DNA from: the human T2T-CHM13v2.0 reference genome, Homo sapiens
Reading direction: 5' to 3' (one strand)
Assembly: GCF_009914755.1 (NCBI RefSeq)
Contig: NC_060927.1
Length of the DNA: 64,000 nt
Shown here: in pieces, positions 14,046-31,241 of the stretch
Layout of the letters: every line of letters begins with the position of its first letter
Position numbering within the stretch: the stretch's first letter is position 1
Translations under genes and position numbers: made by a program
The notes under the pieces: generated by a model
Seen by the model: only the letters and a program-made list of their open reading frames with translations
What the model was told of the DNA's origin: nothing
Databases searched by the model: none

Positions 14046-17000
14046 CTATATTCCACATAAATGTGGTAGAATGAATATAAACACACTTATAAACAAGTTT
14101 TATTTGAAATGCTAAAGACTTATTAGCATTACTGTATTGAAGGGTAATTATACATCTCTTAATTCCTTTTTTTAAAATTGAGAAAATGGAAGATGATTTT
14201 AAATAAATGAAATGTAAAATAATCACAATATTAAAATAAAAGCAAAGTCATTTATTGAGAGCCTCCTATATACACAGGCTTTGTGCTACAATTATTAACA
14301 GTTACTTTAAAAAATAATCTTCACAAAAACCCTTCAATATGGGAGGGAACATTATTTCTGTTTTCAGATAATAGATCAGGAAAGTAATGTGACTTTCTAA
14401 GGTTATACAGGTATGAAGTATCAAGACTAGTATTCGAACTTAGATGTCTCTGCGTACTTTTCATTGTATCTGGCACTAAGTACATGATTTGAACAACATT
14501 AACTAGAAATCTATTATGAATGTACAGGCATTAGGGAAGGTAATGAAAGAGCTATAAAAAGAATGTACTTCCAATTCCACTATCAAATGTACGAATGAAG
14601 TGTATTTATTACTGACCTCTGCTTTCTTTGTACCTTGCATATGCTGCTACTATTGGTGTTATGATTCCACGTTGTAGCTGTTTAGCCTCTTCAGAGTTTT
14701 TTTTTTAAACTCCTGCAAAAAGGCTTGAGTGTTCTCCTGTGCTTCCACTTGCACTTGGATATATATTTTTTTCTTTACTAATGAAAGTATTTAAATAGCA
14801 TTATGCTGTGTTTTGTATGTGTGTGGTTATATTGTTTTTGCCTCTTTCTATTAGACTGGGGACAGATATCCTGTATTTTCATCTATTATTTCTACTACAG
14901 CAAGCATTCAGTATACACTCAAAGATTTATTAAATAAATGTTGAAAGAAAAAAAATAAAGTCAATGATGTCTGCTTCCATTAGTAGACTATGTATTCCTC
15001 ATGGAAAATGTCTTTTTTTTTTTTTTGAATACCCAGTTGAAGTATAGAGACAGATAAAAAAGTGTCTAAAAATGTTTCTTTACAGATGCAAAATGGGTTT
15101 CTATGAGAGCCATAAGAAAAAAAAAAAACAGACAGAAAGTACAATGGGGTAGAAAGGGGGTGGATAAAGAGGAACATATCTATACCATCAGGGAGAGAAA
15201 TATTTAAATCAGAAGAGAACAGATAAAGCACTTCAGTTGTCTATTTATCAGAGGTTAGGTTTCCTTTTCTGAATGCCAGACTAATAGGAGATGCAATTTC
15301 AAATGTTCATGTTGCTATTCAAACTTTGACCTATATGCCATTTTTTGGCACATTTTTAAATTTAAAATAAATAATAAAAATATAAGACGAGGATAAGACA
15401 ATGAACAAAGCAAATGAGACTAAATCGAGAATGAGTGTTATACTTTTGCACACAATGTTGTAAGAACCAGATATTATTTTCTTAATACAAATTTTCATAG
15501 CAACAGTAATGGGCTTTCACCAGTCATTTTGAGGCCATTTTGATGTTGCATGGAACAGGAGACTCAAAATACTCTATTGGGAGAAAATTAGCCACACAAA
15601 GGAAATGGTGGGGGGAAAAAAATGTTATTTTATAAAATTCAAACTGAATTCAGATTTTTTGCAAGTAAGTTAAAAATAACTCAGAAAATAATTTGCTAAT
15701 GGAGAACCTTGTAAAAATGTATAAATGTTTTGCATGTGAATAAGGCACCAACTGAAAGATTCCACACCATTTTAAGCAGTAGAAAATAAGGCAGAAAAAT
15801 GGGATATGAAAGCAAGGAATAAATTAGCCAACTATGAAATTGATTCTACACATGTGGCTTTGTGGCTATTGCAACTTTAGGTTTAGACTCAAAAGTTTAG
15901 TAGTGAAGACAGACTGTGCTACTTTGTTTGCCTATGATTAGGATATGCTACCGCTAAGTCAGAGTGAGTTCCTGTGGTCACAGCAAACACACATAGTGAC
16001 AGAGGTTAACAAACTTCCCTAGTCAATTACTCTTTAAGAGCTAAGCACAGACATTTAAAAAGAAAGCACATAGCCACAGGGGAAAAAAATAAAAAAGATT
16101 AGTAAGAACATGTTTCCTTAAATACTCAGAATTTGATAACTGACATCAGTTTAATTGAATACTGGTATCATTCCAGGCTGGTGGAGTGTTTTTGTAAGAA
16201 TCCAAGGCTTGTTCAAGGCACAGCCGGCTGCTACTTTTCTAGGTTTCCATCTCCCACAGCCTTTCTTCTGTATCAGAGCTCTAACTCCCCAAGTAGAGAG
16301 ACGTAACTACCTGCTTATAACTTAATCAAAGAGCCTGTATTGGTTTGCCTTTGGATGATGCTTCTATTGCTCCAGGTTCCTGCCAACAGCTAGTTAGCCT
16401 TGTCTGCTTCCCTGCTATCAGCTCTTGCTTCCTCTCAGGCCACTGGTGCCAAAGAAAGGAGAAAAAAGTTCCATAGCAGCATGACAGCTGGTGGGAAACA
16501 CTGTGAACTTCTTCCCACAATAAGAAGAAAAGGTTCTCAGTGTTTGTACTTGCTTGCTTCAGCTCTCTCGCTTTGCTCTGGGTAATGCTGATTTTGATTT
16601 TTGAAAAATGTGACTATAAAGTTATGAATTGGGCTATCAAATGGCTTTGAAGGCAATAAAAGGGAGAATTCAAACATATATAGGTTGAACATACATAAAC
16701 AAACAATCTAGTATCTTTAAGATAATGGCGCTTAAACACAAATCTTTTGTCACAACCTACAAACTACCACCCTCCATATAGGTAAACCATAAACTCTTCC
16801 ATATGGCTAACTCATTCTTTGTACATCTACAGGAGACAAAGTTCTAAATGACAGAAATAGTATAGCAAAGGAAAGAACACAGACGTGAAGCAATATAGTT
16901 AGTAACTTAATGGGTGCTGCATTTAATTTTTGTCATATCTAACAGTTTCATTACTTAAATTATGCCATCTGGAGGTGCTCATCTCTACTATTCACACCTG

Positions 17001-18399
17001 GCTGAGTAAAGTTTCTTTGCTATCTTTTGTACTTCATCTCCCAATATGCAGACCCTGCTTCAAAGAGCCAGATGACATGTAATAATCTGATCAGGACCCA
17101 GGTTTCCTGCTTCGAAGCCTTCTGTCCAGTTAGTTCTTTGACTTGCAAAGCCTGATTTTGCCTACAGAAATTCTGTCCATTCTTTATTAACCAAGTTAAA
17201 TATCCCCTCCTCTGACTGAGAAGTATCTTTCCTTCAGTCAGAAAAGCATAATTTTTTTAGCTGGATAAACTGCTTTCTAGAGAATAGACATTTCCTAACG
17301 TCCCTTTATGGCTCCTTGTCTTCTTCAACGACACACAAACAGGGTTGTTATGTGAAAATTATTTCAAAGGAGCTAAGTCCAATATAAATAGTCTCTTTTT
17401 GCTCCTCTTCTTCCTTCTGGTTTAGAGCTTTGATCTGGACTATGTAGGAAGGACATTTCAGTTGTGTGCCTTACTTTGTACAGTGAGATGTTCTGTACAT
17501 GTAGATATACAGTAAAGTCTATTTAACGTAATTGTACCTAAACTTGTAAATTTCCAAGTAAATTTCCAAGCTTCCAGTAAGAAACCTGGGTAGTGCAGAA
17601 GGAGACTTAAAATAAAATATGCTATTATCACAGATCAAATATCTTACATATTTAATGTTTACTTAATGTCAAATAAACATAATATATTCAACTTTAAACA
17701 ATATAAACAAAGCTATTCATAGATAAATGAAATTCCTCACCTAGAGAGTAAAAAAAAAATCCAAGAGAATTTAATTACCCTAAAAAGATTAAAATAAGAA
17801 TCCAGAATTATGGCACAACAGTTATTGGAGTCCCTCATAAACTGGCACATGAATGTATAAAAAGGAAACTTTATTTCTTGAAACTTTACAAAGAATCATT
17901 AAATGTGTCAGGTATTTGGGGGTAACGAGAAACTTTTAATACTCCAAGTGACAGATGTCAAGACTCATGAATATCTAAATATTCATAACTCGGGAGACAT
18001 TCTAGACTACTATCCAGGAATATATACATACTTACTTTAATGTTCTTCCTGAGACCCATTAAAGAAATACTTTTTAGGAATGGTGGGAGCACAGGGTATA
18101 AACATCAAGAAGGTAAACCCTGTGAAATGATGTATTTAATTACAAATTATATTGCAGTTTTACGCTTTCTAATAATTCTCTGAATATAAATTAGTCCAGT
18201 CTCCAGTTAAATAAAGAATTTCTCCTATAGAATTTTTTAAAAGGCACAATGATGTGTCATACAGTGGGTGAAGCATGGAATATGGATACAAAGGACATAA
18301 ATTTTAGGACAACTTAAAATTTGTAATATGTCACTTACAATGTGTAACCTCCTGCTGTGTAACTTTTTGTTTATCGAACATTTATTAAATAAAAAGCAT

Positions 18400-18600
18400 C
18401 AACATAAACTCTTAACATAATTAAATATTTTCTTACAAATGCCCAGTAAAATAGGTACCATTATAATCCCCTTTCTTAAATGATGAAGTTGAGGCACAGA
18501 AAAATTGAGTAACAAGTCAAAAATGATACAGCCAGGAAGCAAAGCAGCCAGGATCAGAATGTAGACAGACTGGCTCCAAAGCTGAACTTTTAACCATTAA
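18400..18600 (-). mobile_element. MIR
   Basis: atgatgaagttgaggcacaga...cagactggctccaaagc. Confidence 0.6.
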
Positions 18601-21600
18601 TTTTTGCTGTCCCAAAATAAAAATTATAAAAAAGATACCGACCTTGCACGTTGTTTGTAAAAAGTGACATTATGCATGCAAAAATGCTGCATAAACTGCA
18701 AAAGCCTAAACAAATGCAACAGACATATAAAATTATGTGGAAGTGTATATGGGGAAAAGGTCACGAAGAATAAGGATACTGTGACTTAGCTATGGCTGGA
18801 TGTTAAAAATAAACAAATAAAAGGAACAACTAAAATGACTCCCAGATTTCAATGGTTAATTACCAGAATAATGAGGATAAAGAAGAAAGAAGGAAGAGGA
18901 AGAGGGAAGGAGGAAGGAAAAGAAGAAGAAAGAAAGGAGAAGGGAGAAGGACAAAAAGAAAGAAGAAGAAAGGGTATCAAGATTTATAGGGAGGATGACT
19001 TCAGTTTTGGATTTAGTGACTTAAAGGAGCCAGCAAGATAACCAGGTAGAGATCTCAGGCAGCTTCAAAATTTATGTTTGTAATTCAGAATAAAAGGTTG
19101 GATTTTGAGATAATGATATAGGAGTTATTTACATTAAAGAAATGGTCAAAGCATAAAAGTAGATGAGTTTTCTGAGAGAGGTAGGGAAGCAATAAAAGAG
19201 AACCAGTAGAACACCTGAGAAAGATGTATTAATACATTATAGAAGAAACTGAGGAGAAGGAGTCTGTGAAGCAGACAGGAGAATCATAACATAACAAAGA
19301 AGAAAGAGAAGGAGAACCTGAGGAGTCAAACTGAACCAAGAGGTCAAAGGAGTTCAGGTAGTGGGTGCAGAGGTCTGCAAGTCAATGATGATCTTGGAAA
19401 CCAAAGTTCCTGAATTGTGAGACGGCATCAGGGAAAGTGCAAGAGTTTGAGAGGTGGGTAGCGTATGAGGAAGCAGGATCAGCACACGTAACTATATAAT
19501 GAAGTTTGGCAAATAAGAGAAAAAATGATAAAATAGTAATGAGCTTTACAGGTTGGTAACCTATTTCTCAATTTGTAAAGTATGTATTTTAAGTCAATGT
19601 GTGTGTGTGTGTTTATAGTTTCTCAGGTTCATTTCCTAGTTCTTTTATTATAATTACCAAAATAATTAAAACAAATGAGTATTAAAATCATGGTTAAAAA
19701 GAACCATGTTCAGTCCAATGCTTACTGCTGATATTGCATATTTTAGCCACCCTAAAAAAGAAGACATTTACTGTTTTATTTAATTACAATTTAAAAACAA
19801 AAACAACTTAGGTATCAAATATATATCATCTATCTATCTATCTATCTATCTCATCAAGTTGCAAAGGAAATTCTGGTTGTTATAAAATATTTTTTGCTAA
19901 GGGTCAGAAAATAGCAAAATGTCTGCTAATTAGCAAAATTCAAAAATTCAGTTTTCTAACTGTAAGTCCTAATAATTATATCAGCTTCTTACAATTGAAC
20001 TTTCCAAGACAAAACAAGATAGCAGTTATGAAAATATTTGTGACTCATGAGGAAACAAGTCTTGTGTGTACCCAAGGTACTGATTTTAGGAAACAAAACC
20101 ATGCTTAAACATGCAGATTTCAATATATTAAATGTTAATGTGTATAATGATTATTTTCTTCACTAAAAAATAATTTTCATTATATCCATATAGTAATATT
20201 TCTATATTAGACCTTTTTATATTTAAACATGTGACCTTGAAGTCAACTGATTAAAATGAACAGATGTCCTTGTCTTTTACTCAAAAAATGATGGGTGTCT
20301 GTAGGAAAGAAATCAGAATTTAAAAGTATCAGCTCTTTATCTTAAGCTGTCTGGCCTTTGATGTTATATTTGCCCAGGCAATTCTTGCCCTCATTTAGTT
20401 GGGGGCAGCATATACTGGCAAGAGAAGGAGAAAAAGCAAGGAAGAATAAAGGAATTAAGTTGGAAGTAGGCTGGCAGTCATAGAAAATTTTTTTTCATTT
20501 TCAAAACAGTAAAACATATCTTAACTTTTAGCTACTCGAGAAGTATTTTCAAGAGAATAAGTATTCTCAATGCCAATGTAAGGAACAATATGGGGACAAA
20601 GTCTTTGTTTTATTTTACAAAGTAGAACATTTAGTAAAATGCGAATGCCTAGGCTAGGACTAAAATCTTACCCTTCTGCCCTAAAAGAAAAATTTACACA
20701 TCAAACTAGAAAACTGAAACAATTATCATTAAGGTACTATTTTGAGGTAATCAGACTCTAGTGGGCAACCCTGGTGTAGAAGGCCCAGAAATGACAATAT
20801 GAATAATGCAGTGTTGCTCAATTCTTTTTTCATTATGTATCCTCCCTACCTACTCCCTCACTTACCCTGCAGAAGCCTCTTCAGCCATTTTTTTTCCAAA
20901 TTGTACCCACCCCATGAAGTTTTGATGCTCCAAATACTATTGCATATCTGTTTATATGCTGTGGCACTCTGGAGAGCCACACACTATTGTATCTAAGGTT
21001 TTATTTGTTCTACCAGAAAAATCAATTTTTGCCCCTATTGGGGTTGATATCACCCCGCCGAGAATGCACAGATGATATACACTTGAAGATAGCCACGTTG
21101 CTGGAATTGGTTTTATACACTCTGCTTTATGTGTAGAGGAGGTGCTCTGCCTGTATCAAGCAATCAAGTAATTGTTTGATTATACCTCTTCAAAGAGAAT
21201 ACAAAAGGAGTACACCATCAAACTCTCTTTAGAAGCTATCAGAAAAGTCTGCTCCAAAAATATTTGGAATGACTAATGAATAACAAAACAGTAGCTTTCC
21301 AATGTTGCAAGCAAAATAACATGTTCAACTTTTCATTTATTCTACTAGTATCTATTTGGCCTCATTTATAGTACAGTCCATACACAAAGGATTTTAAAAT
21401 ATCCTAATTAAAAGAAAGAAACAAAGAGACAGATCCTTATATGTTCACATAGCTTTCATGAGAGTCTTGCTTTAATAAATAAAATGTCCTCTAAAAAGTC
21501 AATAAATGGATTTCTCAGAATGCACCAGGCTTATGAATGTTTATTTGTTCAACACATAATAATTAAGTTCTCATCGTACCACAATTTTACAGTCTATAGG

Positions 21601-23854
21601 TGAGTATAAAATAAGCTGATCTAAAAAAAAATTTTTAAGTGCACAGCATTTCTACATTATAACAAAAAGGTAAATAAAATTTCAAATGTGGAGAAAGTCA
21701 TAGCACTTTAAAATAACATTTTTAATCACATAGATCAGATAATGTTTCTTACTAAACTATAAAAATCATATTGGAATAATCTAAGATATCTAACTGTCTT
21801 CTTGTTTATAGAAAGTTGATAATACAGCTGCCTACTATGCTGGGAAGGAAAGACTATAAAAATGACTCAGTATAACAATTTCAAAATAAATTTATCAATT
21901 TGTTATCAACTATACCATGAAAATTTTATCTATGACCCACATAAAATAAAAACATGATGTATAAAAGATTAAAGTTCTGAAAAGGTATGAATTACCTAGG
22001 TTTTCAAACTTATCTTTGTCATTTCATCTCTTCACCTCCACATGGTCATCTCTGCGTATTTCAAAATGGTATCTCTGAATTTTGGTTTTGTGTGTGTTGG
22101 TGAAGCTCAGGCACCTATCACATTTGGCTTTATTAAATTTAACTTGGAAGAGTCTATCAGATAATTGTGTGCAAACGAAGTTGAAAAGCTGTTTCTGGGT
22201 TGTTTCTCTTATGCTATAAAATTCCTTCGTAAAAACTGAAATAAGGCTTATATTTTTAAGCTTAATAGTATAGTCTTTTTTTGTTAATTGTAGACGTATT
22301 TCCTAAGTGTATTTTTAGGGGAAAGACAAGTATTATAAGCATTTCTACAGAACTGTTTATGGTTTTAAAAGTTATAGTATTATTTTTTCTCATTTATAAC
22401 TTATACTTCTATGGGTACAACTTACTTTAAGACACATAGTTATATAAAACCTCTTTTACAAAAGATGAATCAGGTGGCAATTTTTGCTGTATTACAAAAT
22501 TCCTTAAAAAATAAACACATTTTTCAACTGCACCTATCATTACTCAGTTTACAAACACCAAATTAAAAAAAATTACAGATGATAACGTATAAAGTGTTAC
22601 ACCTATACTACCTTATGTTTTTAAATTGCTTAAATCAAGTAGCTGTGTCAGTTTTGAGTTGTGAAATATAATGCAGAAGTTGATTCAAACTTGTACAGTC
22701 AAAGAAACACAACTCTTGTCTCATGGACTAAAACAATTTTCCAGTGTTTGATTACCTAAAATATGAATATGCAGTAAAAATAATTTACCTGAAACAATGG
22801 AACAGTATTTCATTTTGTACATGATAAGTTAGGCAGAGTTAATGAATATCTCTTTTATTTGAGTCAACAGAGGGATAGAAACTTTACTTCCCTCGTAATC
22901 TTTAGCAAGACCTTATTTTTTTAAAAAAATGAAGTGGATGATTTCAAACTGCTCCAGAGTGGCGGTATATAAAATTTACTGACTGACATGACAAGTGTGG
23001 AAAGAATTTAGACCTACAACTTTAAACTAATATGAAAGAATTCTGGTGGCAAAAGGTCATTTCTATATTTAGTTTGAGGTGACAGCCCCTTCAAATCCAT
23101 CTTTTACATTATCAATCAAGTAACATATCTAAACTGGATCTGACCATGCCAATCTCCTGCAAAACCCTTCAAAAGCCCTCTACGACCTGGCCTCTGCTTC
23201 TAGGTTCAGCCTTCTCTCTCATCATTCATGATCTAAATTAGTAAGGCCCTCATTCTGTTTCACCTTCTTAGCTTTGTGTAGCCACCATTCCAGTGATGGG
23301 ACTACACAGAGGATCAGCATGGAGGTGAAACGGATACTTTAAACTTAATCTCTTCTTCCAAAGCAGGCCTTTCTTCATGGCCTGCAACTTCCTTGCCTAA
23401 ATATTGGTTTCGTGATCTTTCTTGAAGTACTCACGGTGCTTTATGCAGATCTTGAAGGTGAAATTTATTACCGAACACACTCGCATCTGTCTTGCTTTGT
23501 TTCCTCTCTGGATAGTGAGCTCCTTGAGTTAAGACTAAGTGTTCTCTTTTGTTACCCAGTTCCTAGGATAGTGCCTGGCTCAGCAGTAGGTGCCAAATTA
23601 GTGTAGAATGAAGAAATAACTATCACAAGTAAACAAAGAGGACCATTAAGTAATTTGTAACATTGGTTCATAATTTGGAAACAAATTACTTTCTCCCTTG
23701 ATTTGTTTGATAGACCACAGTACAATACAAAATTTGATCTGTTGTTTTCCTCTTTGTTGCATCTCCTCTGGATGAATGACTGTAGTTAGAGCTGCACCAA
23801 CACCACTACCAACATTAGCATTCATTTTTGGGCAAAATAATACTACTGTCTTAT

Positions 23855-24085
23855 ATAGGGTAGTGATGCAGAGCCTACATTTTGGAGACAGACCAGCTGG
23901 GTTCAAATTCTGGCTCCTTTATAAATCTGAAAGCCACTTAACCTTACATTTCCCCTAGGTGTGAAGAGAAGGGAATCATATCTACCTCTCAGGAGTATGA
24001 CAAAGTTTTAAATGAGATATTATATGTAAAGCACTCAGTGCACTGCCTTGCTCTGAGTAAATTTTCAAGAAATTATAGCCATTTT
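23855..24085 (+). mobile_element. MIR
   Basis: ctgggttcaaattctggctc...aaatgagatattatatgtaaagcactcag. Confidence 0.6.
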
Positions 24086-25310
24086 TACAGTAGTAGGGTG
24101 CTAAAAGACTGTCAAGTTGAGGCAAGTCATCTAAATAATCTGTATCCCCTCAACCTCTCAAAGAAAATATATCGCCAAAGAGAAACCTATGTCTCTCTTA
24201 GTGAGAAGGAAAAATGAAAACTAACTGTATTTTCTAAGTAACTGAGAGATTCTCTTTACTATTTTGAGACGGTATGTATAGGTCACTTTCATCTTTTTTT
24301 TTTTTAATGGGAGGGGGACCAAGTTGGGATGGAGAAGTAAGGACTCAGGTAATAATCTAAAATTTTAGAGGCAGAGAAATTCATCTTTTAAACTCCTAGT
24401 CTCCTATTGTCGAGTTGTTCAGGAGAAAGGTTGCCAGAGCAAGATATCTGTGTTTAGAGCACTCATCACTACGTTCTATGAGATGACAGCCATATAGCTC
24501 ACCAGTTTGACAATACATCTCACATTTTTCAGCCTATGGATCCTTCCAGCCTGCATGAATAACACTGGCAGAGTCCGGTATTCAGTCTTTGAGCTAAAAT
24601 GAAGCCTCTGATCAATTCTTTTTGGAAAGAAGATCTGTAGGTTTTCTGGTAACCTCTAGAAACTTACAGAAAGTGTGCTAAGTGGCTGTGAGCCAAATAA
24701 CAAGCATTACTAATATAGCAAAATTAGAAAGGCGAGAATTAGTGAAGGTGAGAGATGATTTAAGAATTAACAACACGGCAGAAATACTGTGAAGAAAACC
24801 CATACCATGGTACTCTGTAGAGTGATGTCAGGAAAGGGTAGGGCTATTCATTTGTTTGCATGTCCAACAATAAAGTGAGGCTGTCACTCAGGTGGGTCTT
24901 TGGGATCAAATCGAGGGAAGGCTTAATTGAAGATGTAACACCAAATTACAGACTCAAGGCTAGAATTAATGCCCATTGTATATTAATTTATCTTTATTCC
25001 TAGAGTAGCAATCTATTCCCCTGCACCAGCCCTTAAAGGTGACCTATCCAGTTCCCTGTATTTAAGGGAATCTTTTGTGAGTCACTGGGGCTCACGGTTA
25101 GAAAATGAAACTTTGAAGTGCTTATAAAATGCTAGGTAATTAAGTAATAAATAAGGCTTGATAAAAGTTTATATATTTCTATATAATGTTAAAGTAAACC
25201 ATACCTCCATTCTGCAAACTCAATTGTCTATAACCTAACAATGGAGCTGGAGAGGTTTAGATACTATAAGTAACCTTCTAAGCCAGAGTTGTGTGGATAA
25301 TGAATACATT

Positions 25311-25411
25311 CAGGGAGGGAGAGACGGAGAAAGGGAGGGAGGGAGGGAGTGAGGGAGGGAGGAAGGAAGGGACGAAGGAAGGAAGGAAGGAACGGAGGAA
25401 GGAAGGAAGGA
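25311..25411. repeat. (GGGA)n/(GGAA)n purine tract
   Basis: Read directly. Confidence 0.9.
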
Positions 25412-25412
25412 T

Positions 25413-25655
25413 TGTTATGGTTTAAATGACAATATCCCCTCTAAAATTCCTGTAGAAATTTAATCACCAATGGAACAGCATTAAGAGATGTGGCCTCTGG
25501 GAGGTGATTAAGTCATAAGGGCTCTTACATCACGAATGGAACTAACACCTTTATAAAAGGGCTCAACATTTAAAGGAACACTTTCCTGCACCTCTGTCCA
25601 TTTCTCCATGTGAGGATACAATGCCCATCCTCACATGGACATTGCCTCAGAGGCA
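25413..25655 (+). mobile_element. MLT1A-like LTR, 5' part
   Basis: tgttatggtttaaatg...gggaggtgattaagtcataagggc...ccatgtgaggataca. Confidence 0.7.
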
Positions 25656-27659
25656 TGAGAACAGAGGTGGACCTAGCTTAGATGGATGAAAAACAGAGAA
25701 TATCTGCACCTGGTCACACCTGGGCACCGCAGTGGGTGTATTCCTATGGTTCTCACTCCATCTTTAAAAGGGCCTCAGCTGGATACAGCCCAACTGAGGA
25801 GAAATTCAAAAGGAGTCAACACCACGGCCACTGACAATCACAAATATCCCAAAGGAAGAAATGTAGCAGTATTTCCGGGGCATCCTATCCTAAGACCAAG
25901 ACTGAAAGAATTAGAGATAGTTAGGTTCAGTTGCTTCTTTTTTTCCTCTCCAGAATATTAGTATAATCTTTTTATATTTGTAAAAGATTTTCTGTATTCA
26001 GTTTGGTAAATGTGGGTGGGTAGAAAAAAATGTGGGTAAGTTACATAAGCAATGTTCTCTAAAGTGACTCTTCTCAAAGGTTATGGTCATCAGGAAGGAT
26101 CTGAGGTGAAATTGTTCTTATGAAAGCTAACCTGGCAGGAGTTTTTCCAGTAGTGGGCATTTAAGTCACCTGGGAAAGAGGGCTGAGGACATTCTCTCGC
26201 CTGGCTTCCAGTGACTCCGGCACAGTCCAGGTCAATCTGTCTCTCTCAATCTTCATTTTTGCATGTTCTTCCATCAGTGGATCTCTATGTTATACTTTCA
26301 CAAATTAAAATTATTTGGTGAGATTTTTCAAAACAACTACTGCCAGAGCCTTACACTCAGCGATTCTGTCTCAAATGGTTGGGGTCAGGCTCTTGGGCTT
26401 CAATATGTTAAAGCTCCCCAGGTAATTGTAGCAGCACTTCCTTAACTCCTAGTGCAATGTCATGCTCATGGTAGGTTCTCATTAAATGCCAGCTAACCCT
26501 GGTTAACAGTGTGCTGTGAATCAAATCAGGGCCATTGCTTTTAAGTCTGTGCCATTTGGAATATACGCTATTTGTATCTCTGAGCATTTTAACAGAACTT
26601 CAAGCCATTTACAACTGCTCATATTGAGAATTTTGCAGTTTTTCACAGCTCAGTTTTATAGACTTCTATGAGTCATGTTACATTCAGCAAACTTGCCTCA
26701 ACAAGCTAAAAGAAAATGCCAAAAATTAGCATTCCCACTGTTCAGGAGAGTGTATTTTGTCTTTCTATAACTGCCTTAATTCCAGCGCTTAGCAGGAAGA
26801 CATTTAAATCTTTATTGTATTCCTATCTATCAGAAAAATAGAAGAATTTACAAGTTTGACACTAAACAACCACAGATGGAAGATTTGAAGTAAGATCACA
26901 CATTTTATACTGAAGTCTAATGTAGCGATCAACAAATGCAGACTGACACTTAGGACAAAATCCATCCAACTTCCCCTGTGGCTTTGGGGAGAATGTAACA
27001 TATTCATTAAAGAATGTCCTACAAAATTATCAAATGTCAAAATACAATATAATTATATTGAGAAAATCCTTTAAATTTAGTAATGGAAATTTCATAATAC
27101 TGCTGAGAGAGAAAATTGCCAGTTTGTAATTATGCCTTTTTCTCCACAGGTATCACTCATTACAGAAACCAGAATAACATCATGATAATAAGAGTGCTAA
27201 ACAAGAAAGCAGGAAAAACATATGTACACATATCAGATGACCTACATTATAAACAAAAAATACTTTGTTCTCTATTGCCATGATTTTTGTTTGTATATAA
27301 ATCTATTTACATACATTTTGTATATATTTGTATACAAATCTATTTATATACAAACAATATAAGAAAGGCAGAAAGGCTTCTGATTTAAACTTTATTTACT
27401 GATGAAAATATATTTTAGAAAGCTTCTCAATAATACCCAGCAGCAGCCCCATTCGGGTTTGCTTTGTTTGTTACGGGAAATCCAAGTTCAGCCTCCTGGC
27501 CAGGCACTGATAGTTGAACTCACCACATACCACAATCTGAACTTTTCTTCTCTTCCTCCAAAATCCTCTTGCTATGCTCACTACAACTTCTGTTCTAAAA
27601 CAGGAGAACTTTCCTATATCTTTTACGACCTCTTAAAATTCTCTCTTCACTTCCTAGCC

Positions 27660-27815
27660 TTAAGAATCACCTGGGAATCATTTTAAGATTCTTTTTCAAT
27701 GCCCGAGCCCTAGCCAAGACCAATTAAATCACAATTTCTAGGTATTTGTCATAGACATCAGTGGTTTTGAAAGTCCCCAGGTGATTCCAATGTACAGACC
27801 ATTTTGAGAACCAGT
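27660..27815. mobile_element. MER5-like hAT fragment
   Basis: agaatcacctggg...ccccaggtgattccaatgtacag...ttgagaacca. Confidence 0.65.
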
Positions 27816-27899
27816 TGGCTATTGGTTCTTTAATATGTTAGTTATTTGCTAGTACTTTCAAAATCCTTCCTTTTTTTGACAGGTGCCTGACAAAACTAC

Positions 27900-30085
<2,186 letters not shown>

Positions 30086-30280
30086 CAAGCATTCCAAAAG
30101 TTCCCAAATGCTTTAAGGATTGTTCTTAAAAGGTTGACTTAAGGGAGGAAAAAGACTTAAAAAATATTGTGTGTCTGTATCTGTGTTAGACACGAACGTG
30201 TGTGTGTGTATATATATATATGTGCATGTGAGTATATGTGAAGACATATATATGTATGTGTGTGTATATATATACATATA

Positions 30281-30354
30281 TAAATGGAGAGATAACATTT
30301 ATACAGAGATTGTGAGCTAAATGGAGAGATAACATGTATACACAGATTGTGAGC
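30281..30354. repeat. 37-bp tandem duplication (2 copies, 2 mismatches)
   Basis: taaatggagagataacatKtatacaSagattgtgagc x2. Confidence 0.92.
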
Positions 30355-31241
30355 TATCTAGGAGAAACTATTGACTATTAAAATGCCATAAACATTCCAG
30401 CTACCACCCCCCCAAAATATGAATTGACATTTTAAAGATCTAAAAAAAATACCAAATTACATGTGACCAATATTAGAAAGGAGCTATACTTAACATCTTA
30501 CTTCAATTCACTAGTGACACAACTGTTTTATGGAACATTTATATTTATATGATAAAAATTTAATTTTTCCCAAATGTCCAAATTACATTTGAAAACTAAT
30601 TTTTTAATGTTTTTAGTTATTACTGACATTAGCACTAATAAGGGTAAACAATAGGGGAATTAAAAAAACTAATTTAAATGTAGGACATTAGGAATTAAAT
30701 TTTACTTTGGTTTCAATGCTAAGATAAAAAATGTTACAGGACATGTAAACTGTGAAATATGCCATTTAAAAAGATTTCTCTTATAGCAGTAATACATAGC
30801 AATATGTAAAGGCCAACTAATATTTTTTGACCTTGTTGTTCTGCCATTTACATGATATGGCATTCCACCAGTGAGTAGAAGATGTGGCAAGGGGTCAGAG
30901 ATGTTCATGCCCTTGCCATTTAAGAGCTTGACCTGTGAGTTGCTTATACAGCACTACCATTAACATCCTTCTGGCCATAACTGCTGGTCACATGACCTCA
31001 GCAGGCTTCCAAAGAACCTGGGGAATGTGCTTGTTATTCTGGCCATCCATGTACCCAGTTAAAATTTGGAGGAAAAGTGTTAATGGAGAAAACTAGCAGT
31101 CACGACCACAGCTATGAGAGAGCAGACGGAGTATCTATCACACAAATACAACACATTAGTAAACACTTAACTGAAAAACTGTTTCAAACATTGATTTCTA
31201 ATAAAGAAAATAATTGCCACTTTTCTTTGCTTACTTATTTT

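Noticed and set aside
15870-16600. Apparently repeat-free, moderately GC-richer stretch as a possible intronic enhancer
   Set aside because: Cannot be supported without conservation or chromatin data.
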